Shown piece after piece: positions 1 through 17,074 of a stretch of 64,000 bases of DNA. Made by a program: the position numbers and the translations under genes. This stretch comes from Monocercomonoides exilis PA203 (taxonomy: Eukaryota; Protista; Preaxostyla), in NCBI GenBank assembly GCA_001643675.2, contig LSRY02000048.1, positions 186,001-250,000 on the forward strand. The letters run 5' to 3'. The notes below the pieces were generated by a model. It worked only from the letters and a program-made list of their open reading frames with translations. It had not been told where the DNA came from and did not search any database. How positions within the stretch are numbered: the stretch's first letter is position 1; every line of letters starts with the position of its first letter.

Positions 1-2
1 TT

Positions 3-1848
3 ATTCCTTTTCATATTTACTGCTGCAATCACTTGACAAATTTGGTAATCACAAATTTATTTACAAAAGTTCCATTTCTATTTGATCTCAAAACAAGAAT
101 GCTAAATTTTACTCAAAAAGCCCATACTCAGCCAATCAAAAACATTCTCAAGAAACATGCCCCAACGTTTATCACAACAAGATGGAATTCGTTGTTCGAA
201 ATAGCTTCGTTCATCAGGAAAAAGAATCAAATCATTCAAAAGGAAAATTTATTGGACACGGATAGCCTTGTGAATATCATCAAAGCAGAAGTGTTCTTAT
301 TCCCTTTTCATTTGCTTCATATGAATTTTGAAAATGACAGCACCAAGTTGAGTCAAGTTTTCCCAATTTTGTTAAGAGCTTTTGAGTTTTTTTTCTATAT
401 TTTAAATTTGGAGCAATTCAAAGAAGAAAAATGGAGAAACTCAATTGTGAACTCACTTATATTGATGCATAATTATTTTTTAGTAGGAACGCGTGGTGAA
501 TATATTGCGCTTTCATATGCTGTAACCCCAATTGGCGTTCAATTGGTTCGAAAACAACTCTTTCCTCTCAGAAACTTTTCAACACCATCGTTCTTTGAAA
601 AAGAAGCTGAAATCTCTTGTCTATCCTCTTCAACAAATTCTTCAGTCTTCAGACACATGGCTTCATCATTATTTCATCCTTTGCCTTATCCAGTCGACTT
701 AAATGCAAAAGAGTTTTTAAAATTATTTATTTTAATTCCTTTAACTTAAATTTTTAATATTTGTTATGAATTTTTGAAAACCCAGGATGAATTATAGACC
801 CCAATCCCAGGCTTCATTTTTAAATAAATCCAAAAGTCAATCAGGTTTGATATCATTTTTATGTGTTTATCTTTTGTATTGAGTGCTGATTCATTTTTAT
901 ATGTTAATTGAAGAAAAAAATGAATTGAACGATATTCTTTTGTTGATTCAGCAACTGGAAGAAACTGATCAAGAAACATATGGAAAGAGAAATGAAAAGA
1001 AGCTAGTTATTGGAGAAGAAGATGAAGAAAGCGACGAATTTGGATTATTAGAAGCGGAAGAAAATTCAGTTAACGATATGTATGATTTTTTATTTGAACA
1101 ACAAATCCCAAGCCAAACTCAAATCCGGGAAGATAATGAAATATCCACAACGTCTGAAATTTCTTCAAATTCAAGCAACTCAAATTCTTCGACACCAACA
1201 CTTGTGGATCTGAATTTAAATTCTTCAGCGAGTCTTTGTTCACATGAAACGATGAATGAATCACAAAGAGAACTGATGGATATTGATGGAGTCCTTGAAG
1301 ATAATCAGAAGGATGAAACAACATGTTTGGAAGATGACATTCACGGTCACTATCATTGTTCTTTTGAAGGACATCAGTCAGAATTAGAAGGAGAAGGTGA
1401 TTTCGATATTGAAGAATTGTTTTCGACTGGTAAATTACCTATTATTACAGAATTCAATGAAGAAAAAGAAACACAAAGCATGAAACAGATAGAGAACACG
1501 TTGTTTGTTGATTGGTTTCCTAGGCTTGACGCATATTTTTCGAAATATGCAAAAAAAGTTTTAGGAGACATGGAAAAGGAATACTCAGAAGGTTGCAAGC
1601 TGCTGTTTGAAAGGCAGATGAGATCAAAGCCGGATGATATATTTGAAAATAACCCCGAAATTTATTACCAAGTGCTGGCAGCATATGGAAATATTCAAAC
1701 AGTTTATTCTGGATTGTGCCTTTCGTTAATTGTTTCTCCCTGCAGTGAAGCCAGCTGTGAACGAGTTATTTCCAGAACTAAAAACATAATCGGAGATCAA
1801 AGATATTCTTTTAACATGCAAACACTTGAAGCAATCCTTCACATTTGA
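3..1848 (+). CDS. hAT-superfamily transposase, 5'-truncated by window edge; exons <3-712, 786-844, 914-1848
   Basis: Frame from nt 3 reads IYCCNHLTNL (hAT CxxH), then TTRWNS and C-terminal SPCSEASCERVIS (hAT dimerisation domain with catalytic E). GT-AG introns 713-785 and 845-913 join the two ORFs in frame. Confidence 0.85.
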
Positions 1849-3059
1849 ATTATTTTAGTTTTTGTGTCATTTTTTCTCCATTTCAATACTGTTTTCACTT
1901 CGAACAAAGCCTTTCTAAAAATCACACTTGTTCATTGTTCTTTATAAATATTTCAATTGAAACATTTCAATTAATTTTAATTTTGAATCATCCACAGGAA
2001 ACAAAAGAATGACGAACTGAACCGAAAATCAAAATGGAATAAAAAGAAAAACGTTTGATTTTGATGCTGTTGGTTGACGATGAATTTTCGAGTTGGAAAC
2101 AACTCCGATCAAGTGGAAAAATGTGCAATTGTGATTCTTCCGGAGAATAAACATAAAGAAAAAATGAGAAAGAGAATGTATGTTTGTAATTCTTTTGCAT
2201 TTTGCTTTGTTCTCGGAATCCATAAGTTTTATTTCTTCTTTGCAGTACATAAGAATTGAGGTTATGTGATTTTTCTTTTGAAACTGTTGCATTTCGAAAA
2301 ATTGTTCCGATGGTGATCATTTCTTCACATTTTCTAAGTGCGTTCAAGAAAGAATTCCCCAATGAAAAGGAACCAGAAAGACAAAAGATGAACTCAGAGT
2401 AACATTTAAAGATAGAAAAGAAAAAAAATAGATTTAAAGTTGAATTGTTAAAAGTGACGAAAGAGAAAAATAAAAAAAGAAAAGAATGATGAAAAGTTCA
2501 ATTAAGTTTTTGTTGTTTTCAATAGATGAGAGACATTCCAGGAGTTAAAGGAAAAACGTTCGTAATAAATTCCAACATGTATTTCTCTTGCTTTGTTTTT
2601 TCTCGCACAAATTTTATTTTATTAATAACGAGAACTGAAATCATAGTAAATTTTGACAAACAAGTGAGGAAATTTGATGAACGCCAGGTAACTGAAAGGA
2701 TCATGAAAGACACTGCATTTAACGATGGATTAATAAACGATCATTTGTTTTTTCATGAAAGTGATTTTCAAAAAAGATGATAGATGAAAGACTTTGAGCA
2801 TATAAACGAGGAGAATGTTAAAAAACTTTTTATTTATTAATTATTTATATATCATTATTCATATTAACAAAATGAAGGAAAATAAATATTATCTTTTTTT
2901 AAAAAAAGAGACACAAATATAAATAGGATTGCGACATGATCTTTAAAAGAAAAAAAAGACTGTGAGAAGACATAGATAAAGATTAACAATATTCAACATA
3001 TCTCATTTATTTAAATATTCAATGAATAATTTCCGTTATATTCAGAAAGCAAATAATAA

Positions 3060-4425
3060 AAAGAAATTGTCTAAAACGAAATTCTGTGAAACCTTATGAT
3101 AGCACGATCGATTTTTTCTGATACCATCTTTTTCTATCACTTCCTTTTCCACTCTTTTTTCACTTCTTCTATTTCATCTTTCCCCTTTTCTTTCAATCGT
3201 CTTGAAGAGTTTTTAATTGAATAACAAGCTTTGAAATTTCAATCAATATATCGATGTTGACTGCTGAATCTCCTCAAAAATTAAATCGACGGACTAACTT
3301 TCCAGCAATTCAGCAACCTTCACAGCTCTTTTGTATGTTTTTTTTTCAAAAAAAATGCATAAAAGCAATTCTCTTTGAAATCTTTGTGGTTATCCCTCGA
3401 TGCTCGAAACACACTTAAAATAAAGCCAAAATGGCCAACAAATAATTTGTTCCACAAATTGCAATGGATTAAGTGCAAAAGCAACATATTTTCCAATCTC
3501 TTTAAAAAAATCTCCTCCTCAGTTTTCTTTCTCTTTCCTTCTATATTTCTTTTCAGCTCCTCCAATTCTCTTGCTGATTCTCTTGCAAAATGCAGCTCGT
3601 TCACGATGCCTTTTTCCAAGCTTCCGTCAGCATTCAATCTGAACACCAAAAAGTTCCAAGCACACTGACAGGCGAGTTGTGTCAGGTTGTGATGTTTCTG
3701 ATGGTATTTGATGATTTCTTTGATTTCATTTAAGTCCAGCTTTTGTTGAATTTTCTATAAGAAAAATAAAAGAAAAATATCAATAAATGAAGCGAAAACA
3801 ACTCAATAAATTTATCAATTTGCAGATCATACTCTCCGCTGCGTAATGTTACTCAATTCCAACAAAGTCATTTCCACTTCTTTCTGAGTCTCCTCGCATA
3901 AATCTTTCTTCAAAGCAGCTTTTTGAATTAGCGGCACACTTATTGATATAAATTTCGAATTGAACTTGTTGTTAAGCAAAAGACAGCAATCGCACAGATC
4001 AATCAAAAGCTTTTCGTCCTTTTCTTTCTTTTTTCTTCTTCACCAATGATCATCTCCAAAAATTGCGCTTTCAACATAGAAAAATCAAATCATTCATTCC
4101 ATAACTTTTTCAATATTCTGCAAAATCCCTTGCGCTTCAACAGCCAAGAAGAATTTTTCAATGAAAATTTCTCTTCTTCAATAATTCTATTCAAATTGTT
4201 GAACAGATCGATAGAATAAATTGATACCAATTCTTTTAAATTATTTCACAATTATTTCATTTATTTCTTAAGTTTTCTGTTAATGATCTTCATCATCGCA
4301 ATCTTCCCGTTCAAAAGGCATTTCTGCAATAAAAATAAATATGGAGATTTCAACGAATAAAAAATTAAAAATATCAACAAATTGACACAGCATAACTGTC
4401 ATGTGGTGTTCAATTTCCGTGCTTT
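3060..4425 (-). pseudogene. Degenerate copy of the multicopy helical 'ELHFARE' family
   Basis: LEKGIVNELHFARESARELEEL and EIKEIIKYHQKHHNLTQLACQCAW match the copies at 31.7-33.1 kb and 34.8-36.3 kb. Multiple frameshifts and stops; ends approximate. Confidence 0.8.
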
Positions 4426-4958
4426 CACGAAAACATAACAAATTGAAGACAACTCAACAACCTTTTATTTTATAGAACAAAAAATAGTTGAAAGATATGT
4501 TTTGAAACAATACAATCAAAAATTGTCGATGATCATACCAATGTTAATTCATTCCATCGAGATTTTGCGTCTTTTTTTGAATGGAACAAAAGAATGATTT
4601 GATTTTTTTAAAATAACTAATTTTAATGGGATATATTGATCATACGACAATTTTAAAAAACATGTCAAATGAATCCTTTTATGTATATTTTTTTTTCTAT
4701 TGCTTTTGAAATATCACCGTCATATTTTTTTTTTTTTTTTTTTTTTTTTTGTGAGGTGGAAAACTGGTGACGGACGTGACAAACTTTTTTCTTTACGTCA
4801 CCCAGGCTTAGTTTATTAAATCAAAACAAAAAAAAAAACAAATAGAGAAAAGATATATTAAGTTCACATTCATGAAATGAAGAAAAAACTGAAAAAAAAT
4901 TCAAAAAAACTTTTCCCAATTTAACGTCAATGTACCATATTTCATTCCAAACAACAAA

Positions 4959-5031
4959 CTCGATGTAGTCTAGTCGGTTAGGATATAAGACTCTCACTCT
5001 TGTGACCCGGGTTCGATTCCCGGCATCGAGG
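4959..5031 (+). tRNA. tRNA-Glu(CTC)
   Basis: Acceptor stem CTCGATG/CATCGAG, anticodon arm TAAGA-ctCTCac-TCTTG, T-loop GGTTCGATTCC, T-run downstream. Confidence 0.95.
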
Positions 5032-5080
5032 ATATCTTTTTAAAAAATCTCGTTTAGAAAAAAAATTTTTTTTAAAAAAG

Positions 5081-6375
5081 TTAATTACATTTTCCTTTAT
5101 GCTTTATCGAAATTCTATTCATCATTGCTTCACATCTGGAACTATTAGAAATGATTATACATTTCATTTCACATTTTAACAAATGAAATACATTAAATTT
5201 TTGAACTGAAATAAATAATTCAAACGAATATGTCCTTCCATCGCATCCACAGACAGTGGCTTTGCTCTCGCTTTCATGTGAAAGGTGAGATTTACACTCT
5301 TTGGGTGAAATTACGCATTCTCCATCCCGCCTATGTCCAAATCCAAATGAGCATTGGCCATCTTCTTTTCTTGAATTTGGTTTTAGTTTTAAATTTTTCA
5401 CATAAAGAAATCAATAAATTCTTTTAAAATGATCAAAAACATACAAGCAAAACGCACCGGATGGGCAATCAATATCAACACCACATCCATTTTCGTTAAC
5501 ATGGCTAATGTTCAACTGATAATCTGAAACATGGACAACATTGATCGGAAGGAGATTTATGATATCTTCATCGGTGCAGCTCCCATATCTATGGACATTT
5601 ACACCAATCATATTCGCTTCACATATACTTTGATATTCTTTCCCATCACATCCACACTTAAAATTAATAAATTTTTCTGAAAAAAAGAATAAATGCAAAC
5701 TATAATTTGTGGAGCTGCCTCTGTGCAATTAATGTCTGTTGGAAGAAAAATGCATTTGCCATCTATTTCTTCATCAAAGCAAACATTTGATCCATATTTC
5801 TTACAAAATTGACCTTTTTCGCAATCCTCATTTTTTTTGCATAAAGCAAATGATGAATTTCCATCATCAGCAAACATTGAAATCAACGGATTTAGCAACG
5901 GAGTGCTCAGTGAATGTGGAATGTCATCAAATGGCTTGTTGGTTTCCAAAAAACTGGAATAATCCGTGTGAATTGGATGAAATGCAACTGGTGGTTTTGG
6001 CTTTGAACTTTCCTTTTTTATCTGAAGTGGTGTCTTGTGAATGATGCTCGTTTCTTGCATTTCATGAGCATCCTTTATTGTGGATGGATTTAAAGAATCG
6101 TATTCTTCCTTCGTTGAACCATGAGACTTTATTGGAAATGATTTCTTGGATAGAGAGCTGGGAAATGAATCTGTCTTTATAAATGGAGTAACTCGCTCCG
6201 GTGATGATGGGTACTCAAGTGAATAATCGAATGAAGTGGTGTATTTTCGTGGAAAATCCTTTTGCATGAATAAAACTGAAGTTAACTTTCAAGAGATGAA
6301 CAAAAAAAGTGAAAATATTTCACCAGTAAATACCAATAAATAAGCTCCCAAAAATATCCTTGGTTCTATTGTCAT
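5081..6375 (-). CDS. Secreted Kazal-type protease-inhibitor repeat protein (about 5 exons)
   Basis: Hydrophobic N-terminus MTIEPRIFLGAYLLVFTG, S/T/P/K-rich spacer, two Kazal motifs (CGCDGKEYQSICEA; VCGCDGRTYSSRCEA...HKGKC), short GT-AG introns. Confidence 0.8.
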
Positions 6376-7259
6376 GATCTAAATGAAGATTAATCGGATT
6401 TAAGTGAGCATATCATTCGCAATTAATTGATTATAAATAATTAAGGGCACTTTTTTTATGAAAGCTTATTGTTCAGACGAATAAATATTAGATACAATGA
6501 GAATAGAAAGGTTTTATTCGAATTAAAATAACTTATTCAAATAAACAAAGTTTATTCGGAATAAATTATTTTTATTGGAATAAAAAAAATTAATTGGAAT
6601 AAACTCTGGCTTTTCGGAATAACTTTATTCATCGAAAATTTATTGTGGTTTTCAAAAATATTCACTTGAATCACATTCTTAAAAAGCATTTATATGTAAA
6701 TTTATTCCACTTATATTTTGGAAAAAACTATTTAATTTGCAAGATTTTGTTGAAATGTATTGGGATCAAAAAATTCTGTTTTGTTTTTTGAAAATGAATG
6801 ATGAAAAATCATATTCTTCAATTCATAAATAATAAAAATTTTCAAAATAGACCTGTAGTTTGCTGCAAAATATAATTTATCATTTCACAACGTATGTTAA
6901 TTTTTTTTTTGTCACTTTTTCTGTTTATTCTTCACATTTTTGATCAAACAGAAAAAAAAAACCAAAAACAATATCGAATTGCAAAATGAACTTCATTTGG
7001 CTGAAATTGTTCCAGATACATGGCCATGCATGTTATTCGCCCCTCCACATGAAACTCTATAAATTATAGATGATGTTGTTCCAGTTGTTTTTGAGTTATT
7101 CCATTTGCACCAAGGGAATGAATTCTCTCTATCTTCTACAATTTGCTTTCTTCGCAACTGTAATTGATTTCTTGCGCTATCATTGACTGAAACATCTTCA
7201 CAACGACAACACTTTTTGAATGAAATGTTTCGCTGGGAAAATAAAGGATAGGAAGAAGA

Positions 7260-8560
7260 AGGAGAGGAAGAAGAAGAAATGTTCGAAAAAGACGCAAAAA
7301 TTGGGCTAGTCATGTGGAAGGTCTTCTGCGTAAGTGAAGAGAAGTCTGTGGCAGGAGATGAAGGAGTGAGCATCTTTTGTGGAGTTCCAACTAGAACAGA
7401 AGGGGAAGACAATTGTGAATGTTGCAAGGGAGAAAAAGGAGGAGTAGCAAATGTCTATGAGGCTGTGTCGTTTTGAGTGTGCAGCTGGGCAGATGAGAAT
7501 GTGCTGTTGAACGAGTAAAAGATCTGCTTCTGTTCACCTCCTCATTATCCTCTCCCTCTTCCTCTTTCCCTTCCTTTCTGTTGATGCATGTGCAAGTCTT
7601 GTGTCGAAAGAGACAATTTGCGATGTGCGAAACTCGCCTTTCTCCTTCTTCTTCGTCTTCGCCTTTGGCTCTTCCTGCTGTCTCCCTTTCCTCGTCTCCA
7701 CGCTTAACTTGCTTCTGAAATCCGCCTTCTTTGCCTCTTCCATTTGAACTTGAACTCCTCTCTCTTCGCTTCTTGGTGGTGTCATAAAGCGAGCAGATGA
7801 ACGCAATGTGCCTTGAAGCTCCTTTTCCCTCCAACTCCCATTATCCCTTCCATTCCTATTCACACATTCAGCACAGCCGAAGTGCTGAAACAGAGCGGAA
7901 TGCGCCTCTGTGGAAGAGGAAAACGGTTCTGATGCATTTTTAGCGAAACAATTAAAGGCATTAATAACGATTATGATGATGTTGAGAAAATAAAAAGAGA
8001 ATGAATTAATATTTGGTTCAATTTGTCTGTGCTTCCGATTGAACAGCTTTAATTAATCAGAAGGTCGATATTCCGATCCAATGCAAAGAAAGTGATAATG
8101 GCATCGAAAAAGTTGGAGAAGGAATTGATGAAGAAGACAATGACGAAGTTGAAGATGGGGAAATTGGTGGAAAAGGATAAATAACAGAAGAAGAAGAATA
8201 CGAAGATTAAGAAGTAGCAGAAGAAAAAGAAGAAGGAGAAAAAGAGGAAGATGTTGAAGAATGAGAAGGAGAAGAATGAGAAGGAGAAGAAGGAAAAGGA
8301 AAAGGAAAAGGAGGAGGAGGAGGAGGAGATGAAGAAGAAGAAGGCGAGGAGGCGGGGGAGGAACAGTGCGACTTCGAAGACAACAGAGAAATCTGTGGGG
8401 ACTGAGTAAAACCAGATTTTCCATCTTTGGCTGCTGAAAGAAGTGTCTGTCTTGTCCTGTCCACGAAATCTGAGCGAGACCGAACAGATGTCAGAGGATA
8501 AGAGAATGCTGCACAAATGAGTATAATGGTAGATTGGAGATGAACGTAAAGCTGAGCTCG
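7260..8560 (-). pseudogene. GC-rich Ser/Glu-rich gene fragments of unknown origin
   Basis: Coding-like composition, short broken ORFs, no recognisable domain. Confidence 0.35.
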
Positions 8561-9400
8561 ATTGCTGCACGTTTCCTGCTGTTTCCAGAGTGATACCGCA
8601 AACACACTCGGCGATGAGCTTCTTGTTGCATTGTGATCGATTCCTATACGCTCCACATCCAGTTGGCCAGAAGATACGCTAAACAGAGTAGTTGCAGGCG
8701 AAGAAAGCGCACTCGTCCCAATCACACTCACTGTCTTCCCTCTCCCTGTTATTATTATCTTCTTTTCCCCAACACTGATCGTCGCCCCTTCGCTCACATG
8801 CCTCCCACCCAGCAACGTGATTGTCAAGCTCAGCTGCGCCATGCTCGACCCCACTGCATGCCCCACGGTCTTGCAAGGTGCTGCCTCACTCATCCCACAC
8901 AGATTGCTTGTGTCATCCCCACTCACCCCGACATATCTATCTTTCATCCCTTCCTTTAGCCAATCCTTCTTTTTTGAATGCTGATACACCCAATTGTTTC
9001 CGTTATAATGTTGGTTGAACGCTCTCTTGTCGCACTATTCGTTGCGAAACATTCATGAAATGGATTTCCTGAACCCAAATACAGATTGTATGAATCGACA
9101 TATTCAACATCATGCCCGTATGGATTGGTTGCATCTCTGCATCTGCATTCGTGAAAGAACAAAAAATAGCAATAAGTTCCATTGCCGAGCTTTTCTGTTT
9201 TTTCTGGTTTTAAGAACAAACCTCCGCCTTCTCTTAATGCTTAACATGAAATAAACTGGATGATCCTCATTTTAAACGCAGCTTGAACACCGTAGCAATA
9301 CATTCCTCCTCCAACAGTATTTGAAAGTGATCGTCCAGTGAATGAGCGCTGAAACACACACGCGCTTCTCCTTTACTGTTTACTGTTCCAACAAAGATTT
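8560..9400 (-). pseudogene. Internal fragment of a beta-helix-like surface-protein gene
   Basis: GGGMYC, GGGLFL and YVGVSGDDTSNLCGMSEAAPCKTV motifs as in the 25-29 kb gene. It has a stop and frameshift and is truncated at both ends. Confidence 0.75.
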
Positions 9401-10299
9401 TCAAATCTTATTATTCCGGTGAAGAAGTCCTTTTTCGCAAACTAATTTGTATGTCAAATTAAAAACAATTCTGCGAATTAATTCTCCGAATAATTAATGC
9501 ATTGCTCTTCCCTTCCTCGCTTTCTCAACGCTTCTTCTTTCATTGTGTGAAACCCTTCAAATATTGCATATCATCACTTCAATTCATTTTTTGATAAATA
9601 TCATTTTAAAGGTTTTGCAGAATTTATTGCCATTCCATTCGATCTCCAATCCTTTGGCACGAATTTTCAGATAATCATTTTTTGATTTATGACCATAACT
9701 ATTAAACATAAATTTTCGGAATTGAACTCTCACGAATAAATATCGTTTATTTGACTAAATATGTTCTGATTTTTCACCACATTCGAATTGACAAAAAGGA
9801 TCATAAAAATTTTTGTTGAGGGATTAATTGGAATAAACTTGGTCTTTCTGGAATAATTTTTTTTTATTCGAATAAACTGGTGTTATCTGGAATAAACTCT
9901 GATTATTCGAATTATTATTTTTATTTCAATAAAATTTTCTTATTCCAATACCATCTATTAGAAATAGATTTTATAAATTGAAATTTGAATATTTGTAGAA
10001 AAGATGTTGGGGGGGAAATGGTAAAATAAAAGTCTAAATGAGCACAGAGTACGAGTTAAAACAGAATACAACTTTAAAAAAAAAAATAAATAAATAAAAA
10101 ATAAAATTAATACTATTCTTTCAAAGTCACTTCAAACATTATCGCACCCGCATTAAGAAATGCAAAAAAATTTAGGTGGAGAAAGGGATATTCTTACTAG
10201 CAGAATAGAAAATGAAAAAACACTTTATTTTTTTTTTCCAACAAGTTCATGAAAAACTAAGATAAACAAGTTATAGAATTACAAAGCTTAGAGGGGAAA

Positions 10300-11980
10300 A
10301 AAATTATCTTTTCTTTTCTTTTCTTTTTTCCAAAATGCAATAGACAAAATGATAAACATTGAGAATCAAACGAAAGGGTGCTGACAAACTGAGAAAAGGA
10401 AATTTGTTCTGATGCGATGCAAAAAATTGAAAAGGATTAAAAAAAAAAAGGAAAAAGAAAGAAAGAAAGAAAGAAAAAAGGTATATGTTATTTGAAAAAT
10501 GACTGAAAAAAAATAAAAAGGAAATAAGAAAAAATTAAAAAGAAAAATAAAAAGAAAGAAAGAGGAGGAAAAATTCTATTTAAAATCAAAAAATGAATCA
10601 TAATAAATTGAATAAAGCAGATGCTGGAAAGAAAGCCTTTCAAATATCACCAAACATTCAAAAACAACCTTTCACAATTTTTATTCCTTTTTGCTATCAG
10701 TTTGAACAAAACAACAATTTTGATTCAAAAAAAAGAAGAAGAAAAAGAAAAAGAAAAAGAAGAAAAAGAAAAATGAGTGAAAAAGAATGAAATAAAATAA
10801 GAAAAATGAAAAAAGAAAAGAAAAGAAAAATAAACAAGAGAATAACAAAATGTCAAGAATATTTATGAAAGAAAGGAAATAAGAGAGAAAAAGATAGAGA
10901 AAATGAAAAAGAAACGAAAAGAATAAAAAGAGAAGAGAAGAAGAGAAGAAGAAGAAAAGAAAAGAAAAGAAATTAACTTCGATGAACTATTCATCAATCA
11001 CAAAAATAACTTTTTTACAAAGAAAAACTTTATTTCGAAAAAATAAACAAAGAAAAAAGAAAAAAAGGAAAGAGGAAAGATGAGGAAAAAAAGATGGAAA
11101 AAAAAAAAAGAAGATAAAAAAAGAATACACAAAAGAAAGAAAAAGAGAAAGAAAAAGAAAAAGAAAAAGAGAAAAAGAAAAAGAGAAAAAGAAAAAGAAA
11201 AAGAAAAAGAAAAAGAAAAAGAAAAAGAAAAAGAAAAAGAACCGAATAAAAGAACCGAATAACTTATAGGGAAAATACCAATTTTTGAAATAATTCTTCA
11301 ACTTCTCTGCAAAATAGCTTAAAATCGATATCAAAAGTCAAATAACAACAACAAACACACACACACACACACACATTTCTGTATTTCATTCATTGAATCA
11401 CAAAAGTCATTGGAAAAAAAAAAAACACAACCACAAATTCAATTTGAATAAGAAATTGATAGAAAGATATAAGCAATGATGATTAGAATTACAATGATAA
11501 CTATAATGGTTCTTATTGTGTTCGTAACAATAGCTGTATTAACAATAACAATTATTATTATTATTATTATGATTTTAGTAACAACATGAAGCAATAATAA
11601 TATTAATAATAATAATAACAAGGAAATCAATGAAATCCATCAACATAACAAATACATTTCTCTATCACACACACACACAAACACACACAAACACACACAA
11701 ACACACACAAACACACACAAATACAAATACAGCTAAAAAATAAAAAATTACACTTAACATTCTTCCAATGCCAAGCAATTTTATCAAAATTCATTTACTT
11801 CCCTTTCTTTTTCATTGCTTTCCCTTTCTTGTTCAGCTAATTTTAACACCATTCGAATTCATTCTTTTTCTATTAAAAAATTTCTTAGATTTCCATTTCA
11901 ATTCTCCATAATTCCATTTCTTTGTGTCGTATTAAATTGCTATGTGTTTTTGTTATGTATTGATCATTTCTATTATTGCC

Positions 11981-12012
<32 letters not shown>

Positions 12013-12950
12013 TGTGATATATTCACGTATTTATGTGTTTATTGCAGATTTCATAGAATTCCTTCCCCTTTTTGAATGATTATGATTATGATGATGATTG
12101 GACTTTTGAGTAATCGATAGCATTTGCATGGTTGAGATATGTGACTGATTCACACACACATGGAGAAAGAGAAAGAGAGAAAGAGAAAGAGGAAGAAGAA
12201 GAAGAGAAAGAGAAAGAGAAAGAGAAATAACTTAAATTTAACTGAAAAACACGCAAAAATAAAGAAGTTGTGGAAGAAGAAGAAGAAGAAGAAAGAAACA
12301 AATAAAGAAAAATGTGATGATGATTTTGATGTTTATGATGTAGGTGAAGAAGAAGAAGAAGAGAAGAAGAAGAAGATGTTGATGAATTTGAAGGTGATAT
12401 TGATGAATATGGATGATGATGATGAAAATAAATAAATGCAGATGAAATTGAAAACTGAAAGAACGCAAATTGATGAGAGAAAATGAAGAAGAAGAAGAAG
12501 ACGATGAAGAATAACATTAAGAATACCAAAGAATTTTTAAAGAATATAAAAGAAAATTAAGAAATGAATCAAATGATTAGAATACAAAAAAGTTTAAAAG
12601 CCTTAAAAGGACAAAAAAATGGCAATCAAAATTAAAGATTATAACAGATGATGAAGACATGAAACACAAATATTTTTGAATACATTTGTTATTATCCGTT
12701 TACATAAATAAATGAACAAATATAAGTTTGTATGAATGTATGTATTAACATATGCAATTTATTAATAAAATTCCATTTTATTATAAATACTGATACATTC
12801 ACACATTAATACATTCAAACATTCATTCAAAAAAATTTCTAATATTTTTTTTCTCTTTCTCTTTCTCTTTCTCTTTCTCTTCCTCATTCCCAATTGTTAA
12901 TCAAAAATAAATCCATACCCTAATTCCAATCTAATAATAATCCAATAACT
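10300..12950. repeat. Low-complexity microsatellite tract ((GAAAAA)n, (CA)n, (AAT)n, (GAA)n) downstream of GSK3
   Basis: Directly visible arrays, e.g. 11180-11240, 11666-11720, 11982-12012. Confidence 0.9.
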
Positions 12951-12957
12951 TACTTTT

Positions 12958-17074
<4,117 letters not shown>

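Larger units (their letters stand above)
1..4810 (+). mobile_element. Right part of a hAT element; candidate terminal repeat at 4797-4810
   Basis: Minus strand from 4810 reads TAAGCCTGGGTGAC, like TAG(G/C)(C/G)CTGGG hAT termini. GTGAC/GTCAC/CCGTCA subterminal motifs cluster at 4716-4801. The left end is outside the window. Confidence 0.5.
6489..9957. mobile_element. Degenerate non-autonomous element with imperfect TIRs and GGAATAA/TTATTCG subterminal arrays
   Basis: 6489-6630 (TAGAT...GAATAGAAAGGTTTTATTCGAATTAAAATAA...) aligns imperfectly with the reverse complement of 9820-9957. No clean target-site duplication. Confidence 0.55.

Noticed and set aside
1988-2800. Short ORFs downstream of the hAT transposase
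   Set aside because: No recognisable motifs or consistent exon structure.
6500-6640. Spaced GGAATAA repeats as a CRISPR-like array
   Set aside because: Units are short, degenerate and in both orientations, with no unique spacers or cas genes; they fit transposon subterminal repeats.
10593-12529. K/E/F/S-rich ORFs on both strands
   Set aside because: Translations of microsatellites with no domain or splice support.
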